In this document: positions 45,863 to 54,143 of the stretch, piece after piece | Layout of the letters: each line of letters starts with the position of its first letter | Position numbering within the stretch: the first letter of the stretch is position 1 | From: an uncultured Chthonomonadaceae bacterium | Lineage (GTDB): Bacteria > Armatimonadota > Chthonomonadetes > Chthonomonadales > Chthonomonadaceae | Direction of reading: 5' to 3' | DNA: 64,000 nt | Assembly: GCA_963817895.1 (NCBI GenBank) | Contig: CAWFQB010000001.1 | Location: 1,280,001-1,344,000, forward strand | The notes under the pieces: generated by a model | What the model saw: only the letters and a program-made list of their open reading frames with translations | What the model was told of the DNA's origin: nothing | Database searches by the model: none | Made by a program: the position numbers and the translations under genes

Positions 45863-45957
45863 GCCTCTTTCACTCCTCCACACGAATTATACTACACCCC
45901 CGCCGGACATCCCGCGCCTTTTCGTCCTGTTGCACAAGGTTACGTTTGCAATTCGGC

Positions 45958-45983
45958 GTAGGGGCAAATCCCCGTGTTTGCCC
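45958..45983 (+). repeat. GTAG-type REP-like palindrome
   Basis: GTAGGGGCAAATCCCCGTGTTTGCCC (GGGCAAA/TTTGCCC stem). Confidence 0.55.
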
Positions 45984-46667
45984 AAACTCCGCAAAAGCCC
46001 TCCCCGTTCCTCCCTCATCGCCAACCACAACCCTCCCGCAAAAAAATCGCAAAAAAGAGTTCAACAGCCAGAAAACAATGAACCCCATCCGTAAATAGTA
46101 CGTCTAAAAATAGTAGACGCAAATCTACTTAATCAACCAGGAGGCAGGCCGTTGACAGCGGTGAGTGTGGAGTTCCTCTCCACGCCACACGCGCAATGCC
46201 CAAATGCTCAACAATCTCACCCGGAAAGGAGGTGCCAGAAAGTATGCTTGGATACGCTCCCCGAGCGCCCTGAAAATAACGAGGTCACGACGCCTCTACC
46301 TAAAAACTAGACACAATGAGACTGAGTGCTGGAAGCGCTGCATTGCCAATATTTCGACGACGTCTCTACATAGCTCCCTTCTTTTTCAGCACACCGCCTT
46401 CCCCACCCTCCCCAAACTTCCTCCCCTGCGTTCGCCTGAGAAAGCGCGAGAGGTATAATGAATTTGGAAAGCCAGTCGGAATGTGTGGAGGCGCTTGCTG
46501 GATAAACGGCCTCCCAAGATGGTTTCCAATCCGAGAGATTGAGGGAAAGATGAACAGAACAGGGACGCTGCTGGCCGCGTTGGTTTTGGCGCTGAGGGCG
46601 TCGAGGGCGTCGGCTGCGCCTGCGGGTCGGGCAAACACCTTCTGGTATAAAGAAAGCAGACTTTGCT

Positions 46668-47877
46668 ATGAGCGAGTATCAGTATTACGAATTTCAGGCG
46701 GTCGATCAGGCCCTCACCCCCGCGCAAATGAGCGAGTTACGCGCTCTCCACCCGGGCGGTCATCACGCGCAATAGCTTTACGAACACCTACCACTACGGC
46801 GATTTTCGCGGCTCTCCGCGCAAGCTGATGAAATCCTACTTCGACGCCCACGTTTATGTCAGCAACTTTGGCAGCATGAACTTCATGCTGCGATTGCCCC
46901 AAACCGTTCTGCCGGAAACTGCGCTCCGTCTGTATGCCACCGGTGAGGGATTGGAATGGTGGGCGACCGACAAGCACACGATCCTTGAATGGCGATTGGA
47001 CAGCGAACCTGACGGCGATTGGACCGAGGGAGAACACTGGATGAGCCGACTTCTGCCTCTACGCGATGAACTGGTACGTGGAGACTATCGTTCGCTTTAT
47101 CTCGGCTGGCTCTCCTCCCTCCTGGACGGATCCCCGGAGGAAGACGAAGAGGACGACTATCTGGAGGACGAGGAGGAAGAAGAAGACTACGAAGAGGAAG
47201 CTGACGACAAGGATATCAGCGAGATAAGCGGGATGGAGCCTCCCGTTCCTGCCGGTCTTGGATCACTGACGGGGGCGCAGGTCGCCCTGACAGAGTTTCT
47301 TGGTATTGATAGCGACCTGCTTGCTGTTGCCGCAGAGGCAAGCCCTCATGCCCCGGCGAACGAGGACTCCGGCCAGAAAGTGGAATTATGGGTTGCTCAA
47401 CTGCCGGAGCAGGAGGTCCGGGCGATCATCGCGCGCCTTATTCACGGCGAAGGAAGCCGGATGGAGGCCGAGCTACAAAGCCGGTATTATCGTTCCCGCA
47501 ATGTGTCTACAATGAGTTCCGAGGCAAGAAGCGGCAGTACGCGACGGACTGCGAGTGACCTTCTGGCGAAGGCCGTGCAGAGGGCGCAGGAGCGCAAGCA
47601 GCAAGAGGTCGCAGCCCGCGAACGCAAGCGCCATGCACACCTCGCCGGAATTGTGCCGCGCTTTTCGGAACTGTGGTCAACGGTGAATACATTGGCAGAG
47701 GAACAAAAATCGTCATCTTACGACAAGATCGGCGCGTTGCTGGTGGATATGCGCGATGCCTATGCGCAAGCGGGTCGCCGCCCGGAATTCGACGTGGAAT
47801 TCGCGCGTTTTCTGGGGAAATACTCGCGCCGCACGGCACTGGTTCGCAAACTGAAAGAGGTTCGGCTCACTTCCTAG
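46668..47877 (+). CDS. Conserved hypothetical protein (MSEYQYYEF... type) with an acidic tract; apparent frameshift at ~46750
   Basis: MSEYQYYEFQAVDQAL... joins YHYGDFRG..YFDAHVYVSNFG, GDYRSLYLGWL, EPPVPAGLGSL. Confidence 0.75.
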
Positions 47878-47994
47878 AATTAAGAAGCACGATCTGACTC
47901 CCGTCCAAATTAAGGAATTATTGGTACAGGCCGACTTGAGAAACCTGACCAATAACCCTTGCGCCGGACTACGCCGGTGCAATTGTTCGACGGT

Positions 47995-48030
47995 AACACA
48001 GGCATCTGTATTAGTACAGATGCCTGTGTT
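47995..48030. terminator. Perfect 16-bp hairpin 3' of dnaN between convergent genes
   Basis: AACACAGGCATCTGTA-TTAG-TACAGATGCCTGTGTT. Confidence 0.65.
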
Positions 48031-48045
48031 GTCGTTATATTTGAT

Positions 48046-49269
48046 TTATACGATCTGCATGGGCATGAGGACGCAGAGATAGTCGGGTTCCAGAGGCGCG
48101 GCGGGTTCAGCTTCCACGCTTGCGCTGTTGCCGTCCTCGCCCTTGTCGGCGGGTTTGGGCGCGACGGGAACGGGGCGGAGAACGCCGGGTTTGAGCGGTT
48201 CGGTCAGTTCCAGCGTCAGCATACTGTCGGGGTCGAGAACGGCCAGCACGTCCAGCAGGTACTTGGCGTTGAACGCGATCTCCACATCATCGCCCTGCCG
48301 CGTGGCCTCGACCTCCTCATAAGCGTTGCCGACCATCTGGCTTTCCGCCGTCAGTACCAGCTTGTCATCCTCGCTGCGCAAAATCACGCGCTGCGCGTTT
48401 TCCCTTGCCACAATGCTGGCGCGGCGCACAGCCCGTAACAGCGGTGACGCCTGCACGGTCAGTTTCTTCTGGTACGTGGCGGGAATCACGCGCTGGTAGT
48501 TCGGGAACTGGCCTTCGATCAGACGGCTGACAATCTGCACCTGCTTTTCACCCGGCAGCACGAACTGCACCTGATTGTTGGAAAGCGTGACCCGCACATC
48601 CCCCTCGCCATCCCCCAACAACCGCGTCAGTTCATTCATGCAGCGCGAGGGAACGACCGCGTTTTGCGAACCCCGGCCGTCCTTTACTTTGGCCTCCTTC
48701 ACGGCAAGCCTGTGCGTGTCCGTTGCCACGAACTTCAGCGTTTCGCCGTCGAAGACCATATAGATGCCGGTCAGAATGGCGCGGGTTTCATCCGTAGACA
48801 CGGCAAAACTGGTGTGCCGGATCATCTCTTTCAATTGCGATTGGGGCAGGGAAAACGCAACCGCGTCGCGCACTTCCGGCAGTTTGGGATACTCTTCAGC
48901 CGGCAGTCCGAGGATTTTGTAATCCGAGCGGTCGCAGTGAACCCGAACCGTGTGGCTTTTATCAACCGAAAGCGCCACATCGCTTTTGTCGGACAGGTTG
49001 CCCAGCACTTCGGTCAGGGTTCGGGAAGGGGCCGTCAATGCGCCGCCCTCCTGAATTTGGGCGTTCACGCGGCACGAAATGCCCAATTCCAGATCGGTCG
49101 CGATCAGGCGCAGATAGTTGTCTTCGGCCTGCACCATGATGTGGCTGAGAATGGGCAGGGCGTTGCGTCCCGATACGGCGTGTCCCACCGTCTGTACGGC
49201 CTCGTACAAATCTTTGCGCGGGCAAACGGCTTTCAGGCTGGCGCCAGTGTCAATGGCAGTAGCGGTCAT
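48046..49269 (-). CDS. dnaN: DNA polymerase III beta sliding clamp
   Basis: LPILSHI, ATDLELGI, AVSTDETRAILTG, ATDTHRLA, RLIEGQFPNY, AFNAKYLLD, VLMPM. Confidence 0.96.
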   Translation of the reverse strand: MTATAIDTGASLKAVCPRKDLYEAVQTVGHAVSGRNALPILSHIMVQAEDNYLRLIATDLELGISCRVNAQIQEGGALTAPSRTLTEVLGNLSDKSDVALSVDKSHTVRVHCDRSDYKILGLPAEEYPKLPEVRDAVAFSLPQSQLKEMIRHTSFAVSTDETRAILTGIYMVFDGETLKFVATDTHRLAVKEAKVKDGRGSQNAVVPSRCMNELTRLLGDGEGDVRVTLSNNQVQFVLPGEKQVQIVSRLIEGQFPNYQRVIPATYQKKLTVQASPLLRAVRRASIVARENAQRVILRSEDDKLVLTAESQMVGNAYEEVEATRQGDDVEIAFNAKYLLDVLAVLDPDSMLTLELTEPLKPGVLRPVPVAPKPADKGEDGNSASVEAEPAAPLEPDYLCVLMPMQIV

Positions 49270-49509
49270 GGTAAATTCCTTATCGTTGAGAGTAGAAGAT
49301 TATGGGCAAAGCCAAATAGATGAAAATGGCAGGTGTGGAAAGCGCGTTCTTGCGCGTTCCAACCTGACGACGGCGCAAACCTGCAAAAAGTGTCGCAGCC
49401 AGATAAAGATTTTCAGATTCTTTTTATGGGCAGGCGTTCAAAACCAGATGGGCTTCAGCGTTCGCCAGTTATGTTATACTGGCTGTAGCGATGCACAGGA
49501 GGTGTTTTT

Positions 49510-50094
49510 ATGACTATCGCTTCACCGCCCCCGGCTTCCGCCCTGCTCACCTACGAGCAGTACATGGCGGAAGAAGAAATCGTTGCGCGGTATAACATCA
49601 TTGACGGAGTGCGAACCTTTATGCCCGGAGCAAATTGGCCTCACCAACGTATTGGCGGTAACATTGAAGAAGCATTCCGCATCTTTGAACGCGCAACCGG
49701 CACAGGGTACGCGCTGTCTGCGCCCTACGATGTTCTGATACGCCGCAGCCCACTTCGTACCCGTCAGCCCGATGTGTTGTTCATCAGCCATACGCGCTTG
49801 CAGCAGGGCGGGGGTATACCTCAACGCGGGCCTCTACAAGTTCCGCCTGAAATCGTGGTTGAAATTCTATCCGACAGCGACACGCGGCGCATGATTGGCG
49901 ATAAGTTGGCCGATTACGCGGCAATCGGCGTGGAAGAGGGCTGGCTTGCGCGTCCCGACGAGCGGACAGTGGAAGTCGTTCGTTTTACTGTTGGAGGGCC
50001 GGTTTCCGTCGCCACCTACGATGATACCCAAATCGCGCAGTCATTCACCTTTCCAAATCTCACTCTGGCTGTCGCTGACATATTTCGACCATGA
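49510..50094 (+). CDS. Uma2-family endonuclease
   Basis: PHQ, RQPDVLF, PEIVVEILS, KLADYAAIGVEE. Confidence 0.9.
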   Translation: MTIASPPPASALLTYEQYMAEEEIVARYNIIDGVRTFMPGANWPHQRIGGNIEEAFRIFERATGTGYALSAPYDVLIRRSPLRTRQPDVLFISHTRLQQGGGIPQRGPLQVPPEIVVEILSDSDTRRMIGDKLADYAAIGVEEGWLARPDERTVEVVRFTVGGPVSVATYDDTQIAQSFTFPNLTLAVADIFRP

Positions 50095-50142
50095 TGTTGT
50101 CACGCCCGCATGTAATCACTGTATAGCGGAGGAGGAATCCAA

Positions 50143-50430
50143 ATGATTGACACAGTTCCAGACGTTTCCACACGGGCGCATGACATCTTATGAAAACATT
50201 TTGCGCAAGCAGATCGAGATGGAGGACAATATAGGCAAAAATCCTTTTGCTGGATCTGGAAACCGGCAACTACGAGATTAATGAAAGTGGCATCACTGCT
50301 AATAAACGCCTTCGGCAACGCCTGCCTGATGTTGTTCCGCAGTCACTCTATGCTTTTCGCATTGGGTATAACGCCGTTTATGCGATTGGCGGCACAATCA
50401 CGCGAACATATTCAAACAGCAAGCCTGATA
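50143..50430 (+). CDS. Small hypothetical protein (frameshifted; runs in frame into the next gene as assembled)
   Basis: GGAGG RBS, ATG 50143; ...NIGKILLLDLETGNYEI...RIGYNAV. Confidence 0.5.
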
Positions 50431-50441
50431 AGGAGATTACA

Positions 50442-50699
50442 ATGACAACAACATTGACAGAGGCACGAGAGATTGTAAGTCGCCTGTCGTCTGCGGAGCA
50501 GTTGAAGTTGGCGGCGCTTATTTGCGAGCAGGTCAGCCGTGAAGCGGATAGCGCTCAGATACTGCAACAGTCCAGAAAGTCTCAAAGAAGAGCGGCACTC
50601 GCCCACTGCGATGCTGTTGCGGAACAGATACCCGGAGAGTTCGACTCGGCGGAAGACCTGCGGCGGATGCGCGAGGAGAGAACGGCCCAATGCCCGTGA
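50442..50699 (+). CDS. Putative antitoxin
   Basis: AGGAG RBS; LSSAEQLKLA..., DSAEDLRRMREER; overlaps the downstream PIN gene. Confidence 0.7.
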   Translation: MTTTLTEAREIVSRLSSAEQLKLAALICEQVSREADSAQILQQSRKSQRRAALAHCDAVAEQIPGEFDSAEDLRRMREERTAQCP

Positions 50700-51172
50700 A
50701 TGAAACCTGCGTAGACGCCAGCCTGATTGTGAAACTCGCTTTGCGTGACGAAACCCTGCGCTTTCCAGCCCGCCGACTTATGGAGGATGTGATCGCTATG
50801 GACACAGACATGATTGCGCCTCCTATTTTTGAGAGTGAACTGGATGACATTGTACGAGGGCGCGTTTATGAGGGCAGGCTGACTCAGGCACAGGCTCAAC
50901 TTGCTTACGATGCGCTGGATGCTATTGAGGTAATCATTCTGAACCCGTCGGGGTTACGGCAACGCGCCCGCGAAATTGCTTCACAATTCAATCAGCGCGT
51001 GGTTTATGATTCCACATACGCCGCGCTGGCGCAACTTCGCGGCTGTGACTTCTGGACAGCGGATCGCGCCTTCTATGAAGCGGTTCGCGCCGATCTTTCG
51101 TCAAATACCTCGCGGATTATCCCTGAGCCGCGTAACGAACAGAAACGCAAAACGAACACGGACGCAGTTTAA
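50690..51172 (+). CDS. PIN-domain (VapC-like) toxin
   Basis: CVDASLIVK, E..., YDSTYAALA, FWTAD. The 3' end is probably affected by a frameshift near 51095. Confidence 0.85.
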   Translation: MPVNETCVDASLIVKLALRDETLRFPARRLMEDVIAMDTDMIAPPIFESELDDIVRGRVYEGRLTQAQAQLAYDALDAIEVIILNPSGLRQRAREIASQFNQRVVYDSTYAALAQLRGCDFWTADRAFYEAVRADLSSNTSRIIPEPRNEQKRKTNTDAV

Positions 51173-51190
51173 ATGCATCCGTGTTCGTTT
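51150..51190. terminator. Hairpin between the convergent PIN gene and thrS
   Basis: AAACGAACACGGACGCA / TGCATCCGTGTTCGTTT. Confidence 0.6.
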
Positions 51191-51206
51191 GTTTGTTCTT
51201 ACTACA

Positions 51207-52967
51207 TCAGGCATTTTTAAGTTGCTGGAAGTAGGCGAGGGCTTCTTCGAGCGTTTTCGCGCCTAAATCGCCTTCGCCGCGCTTGCGGACGCTGACCGTG
51301 CCGTTCTCAATGTCCTTGTCGCCTAAGATGAGCATGATCGGCACTTTTTGCAGCTCATTTTCGCGGATGCGCTTGCCCATCTTCTCGTTACGGGCATCCA
51401 CTTCCGCCCGGAAACCCGCCGCTTTCAACTGCGCGGCGATCTCCTGCGCTTTTTCCGCGTGGCGATCCGCAATGGGAATCAAGGCTATCTGCTGCGGGGC
51501 CAGCCAGAACGGGAATGCGCCCGCGTACTGCTCGATGAGAACGCCCAAAAACCGTTCCGTCGTCCCCGTCACCGCCCGGTGCAGCACGACCGGCGTTTGC
51601 CGATGCCCCTCCTCATCTATGTACTCGCAGCCCAACCGCGACGGCTGAATAAAGTCCACCTGTATCGTGGAAATCTGCCATTCCCGGCCCAAAGCGTCTT
51701 TGGCGAGAAAGTCGGCTTTCGGCCCGTAAAACGCCGCTTCGCCTGTCGCCTCGAAATACTCAACGCCGTTCGCGTTCATGGCGTTGCGCAGGGCGTCCTC
51801 GGCCTTGTTCCATTTCTCATCATCCCTCACGAACTTGCTTTCCGGGTTCTCATCCCGCAGCGACAGCCGGACGCGGTAATCGTTGAAGCCGTACCGTTCC
51901 AGCACTTCCCGTATCAGTTTCAACGCCAGCGCGAACTCGCTTTCAATCTGCGCTTCCGTGCAGAAGATATGACAGTCGTCCTGCGTTAAGGCGCGAACCC
52001 GCGTCAGGCCGCTCAATTCGCCGCTTTTCTCATAGCGGTACAGCGTGGCGAATTCGGCGTAGCGCAGGGGCAAATCCCGGTATGATTTTAGCCCGCCCAG
52101 ATTGTACAGCGTCATGTGGCTCGGGCAGTTCATCGGCTTCAAGCGATAGTTGATGCCCGCGTCTTTATCCTCCATCGGCGGGAACATGGCTTCCTTGTAG
52201 TTATCGTAATGCCCCGACTTCTTGTACAGGTCTTCGCGCACGAGATGCCCCGTCCAGACATGCTGATAGCCGTATCGCGTCTGCACTTCGCGCACATAAG
52301 ATTCCATCGTGTGCCGCAAAATCTCGCCCTTGGGCAAAAACAGCGGGATACCCGCGCCGATATGTTCCGCCGAAAACACGAACAGGCCCAACTCCCGTCC
52401 CAAAACGCGGTGGTCGCGCTTGCGGGCCTCCTCCAGACGGTTCAAGTAGGCGTCCAAATCCGCCTGCGACTGCCACGCCGTGCCGTACACCCGCGTCAGC
52501 ATCTTGTTCTTTTCGCTGCCGCGCCAGTACGCGCCCGCCGTGTGCAGCAGCTTGAAATGCTGCAACACTTTTGTGCTTGGAACGTGCGGGCCGCGACACA
52601 GATCAATCCAATCGCCCTGCCGATAGAACGAAATCTCCTCGCCTTCGGGCAAATCGTCAATCAGTTCCACTTTGTACGGCTGGTTCTGGCTCACCTCGAA
52701 ATCGCGGGCCAGCGGGCGCGGCATCACTTCCCGCGTAATCGCGAAGTCGCGTTTCGCCAGTTCGCGCATTTTGTCCTCGATGCGCGGCAAGTCTTCTTCA
52801 CGAATCGGTTCGGGCAAATCGAAGTCGTAATAAAACCCGTCTTCGATGGGCGGACCAATCGCATACTTTACGCCGGGAAACAGTTCGCCGATGGCCTGCG
52901 CCATCAGATGCGCCGTGCTGTGACGCACGTTGTACAAATCGCTGCCGGGAACACAAGAGTCGGACAT
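51207..52967 (-). CDS. thrS: Threonine-tRNA ligase (short form lacking the TGS domain)
   Basis: RHSTAH, DLCRGPH, RDHR, KPMNCP, GEAAFYGPK, HRA..GTTERF. Confidence 0.97.
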   Translation of the reverse strand: MSDSCVPGSDLYNVRHSTAHLMAQAIGELFPGVKYAIGPPIEDGFYYDFDLPEPIREEDLPRIEDKMRELAKRDFAITREVMPRPLARDFEVSQNQPYKVELIDDLPEGEEISFYRQGDWIDLCRGPHVPSTKVLQHFKLLHTAGAYWRGSEKNKMLTRVYGTAWQSQADLDAYLNRLEEARKRDHRVLGRELGLFVFSAEHIGAGIPLFLPKGEILRHTMESYVREVQTRYGYQHVWTGHLVREDLYKKSGHYDNYKEAMFPPMEDKDAGINYRLKPMNCPSHMTLYNLGGLKSYRDLPLRYAEFATLYRYEKSGELSGLTRVRALTQDDCHIFCTEAQIESEFALALKLIREVLERYGFNDYRVRLSLRDENPESKFVRDDEKWNKAEDALRNAMNANGVEYFEATGEAAFYGPKADFLAKDALGREWQISTIQVDFIQPSRLGCEYIDEEGHRQTPVVLHRAVTGTTERFLGVLIEQYAGAFPFWLAPQQIALIPIADRHAEKAQEIAAQLKAAGFRAEVDARNEKMGKRIRENELQKVPIMLILGDKDIENGTVSVRKRGEGDLGAKTLEEALAYFQQLKNA

Positions 52968-52981
52968 GTTAGTCTCCGTAG

Positions 52982-53068
52982 GAGGAATGTAGGAATATGG
53001 GAATATAGGAATATGGAATAGGAGAAGCCCCTCCTCATTCCTAATATTCCTACATTCCTACATTCCAT
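52982..53068. repeat. Inverted octamer-array hairpin, GGAAT(G/A)TA ... TACATTCC, just upstream of the thrS RBS
   Basis: GGAATGTAGGAATATGGGAATATAGGAAT versus ATTCCTAATATTCCTACATTCCTACATTCC. Confidence 0.75.
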
Positions 53069-53078
53069 CTTCCTTCTC

Positions 53079-53121
53079 AAAAAATTTGCCGCTTCCAATC
53101 CAAAAGATTGAAAGCGGCAAA
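53079..53121 (-). terminator. Intrinsic terminator inside the thrS leader
   Basis: Minus strand TTTGCCGCTTTCAATC-loop-GATTGGAAGCGGCAAA followed by TTTTTT. Confidence 0.7.
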
Positions 53122-53351
53122 GGTTGCGTGGCAGAGGTGAGAATAAGGAAAGAAGGGAAAAGAGGTCAGTTCCGAAATTGGGAGGGCTGAACGCTTAACG
53201 CTTGCGATTTCCTTTCTGGACGCAGCAAGCCGCAAGCGCGGCAGTATCAACCGACACTGGCGACGCCTCCTGAAACCGTAAGATTTTTGCGCGGACTGCT
53301 GCCATCTGCGTTCCGTTCCCCATTCTGCGCACCAAAATAGTGTTAGCCAAC

Positions 53352-53380
53352 AGTATGCGCGAACCTGCCGGATTTGTCAA
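53352..53380 (-). promoter_or_regulatory. Sigma70-type promoter upstream of the thrS leader
   Basis: Minus strand TTGACA-17 nt-CATACT. Confidence 0.65.
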
Positions 53381-53764
53381 GACAAAAAGGGTGTTTTTCC
53401 TGCTCTCTTATGCAGTTTTCACCACCGGATACATTCTTGCCAGAGGTTGAACCCCCCCTGTCTCTATGGCCTGCGCCGTAGGGACATAACTTGTTATTTC
53501 CTCCTACGGACGCAAATGCTTATTTTCAGTGAATCGCGTCCGAAGGACGCTTGGCGGAACGCCACTCAGACGGGTATTTTCAATACCCGGAAAAAGGTGT
53601 CCGGTAGTGAAAACTACGCATAGATAAAATCTTGCGCATAGACAAAAATTTGCTTGAAGCAGCAGGAAATAGTCTGCAAAAGGAGAATAGTACCTTTGGC
53701 GTTGCGCTTTCGGCGCAGTGTTTCGCATCCCATTCCATAACTAAACTGTTCAAAGGAGACTCTC

Positions 53765-53992
53765 ATGTCTAACGACGACGTGCTTGCCAATCAGAAAACC
53801 ATTCTCGACAACCAGCAAACCATTCAGGACAATCAGGCCACCATCAAGGCCAATCAGGAAGAGATCAAGTCCAACCAGCAGGACATCAAGAACAATCAGG
53901 AAAAACTGGATCAGATTCTCGCCAATCAAAAAGATATTGAATCCAATCAGCAGGACATCAAGGGCAAACTGGATCAGATCCTGGCGAAGTAG
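53765..53992 (+). CDS. 75-aa coiled-coil protein built of (I/V)xxNQxx heptads
   Basis: AAAGGAG RBS; 8 NQ dipeptides in heptad register. Confidence 0.85.
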   Translation: MSNDDVLANQKTILDNQQTIQDNQATIKANQEEIKSNQQDIKNNQEKLDQILANQKDIESNQQDIKGKLDQILAK

Positions 53993-54030
53993 GACATTCA
54001 GCGCAGCAGGGAGGCAAAGCGGTATCTTGC

Positions 54031-54092
54031 TTCTCTGCCAGTAGGGGCGCTGCTTGCCTCTCTGCCCGTAGGGGCGCTGCTTGCCGCGCCCT
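54031..54092 (+). repeat. Tandem GTAG-type REP-like repeats
   Basis: CTCTGCC(A/C)GTAGGGGCGCTGCTTGCC twice at 27-nt period; the second copy closes a GGGCGC..GCGCCC stem. Confidence 0.6.
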
Positions 54093-54143
54093 GTTTGTAG
54101 AAGCAGGACATGATTATTAAGCAGGACACAACATGTTGTGTCC

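Noticed and set aside
46094..46128. CGTCTA/TAGACG palindrome with repeated AAATAGTA as a fourth recombination site
   Set aside because: Arms are too short and the geometry differs from the other three sites.
49270..49509. oriC upstream of dnaN
   Set aside because: No dnaA gene, DnaA-box cluster or AT-rich unwinding element seen.
50247..50699. Single 150-aa fusion protein
   Set aside because: The internal AGGAG RBS and ATG at 50442, plus an upstream frameshift, indicate two genes.
51207..52967. ThrRS truncated at the N-terminus
   Set aside because: A GGAG RBS precedes the start, the editing motifs are intact, and TGS-less ThrRS is a known form.
53079..53345. T-box riboswitch upstream of thrS
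   Set aside because: No GGTGG-N-ACC T-box antiterminator sequence found on the minus strand.
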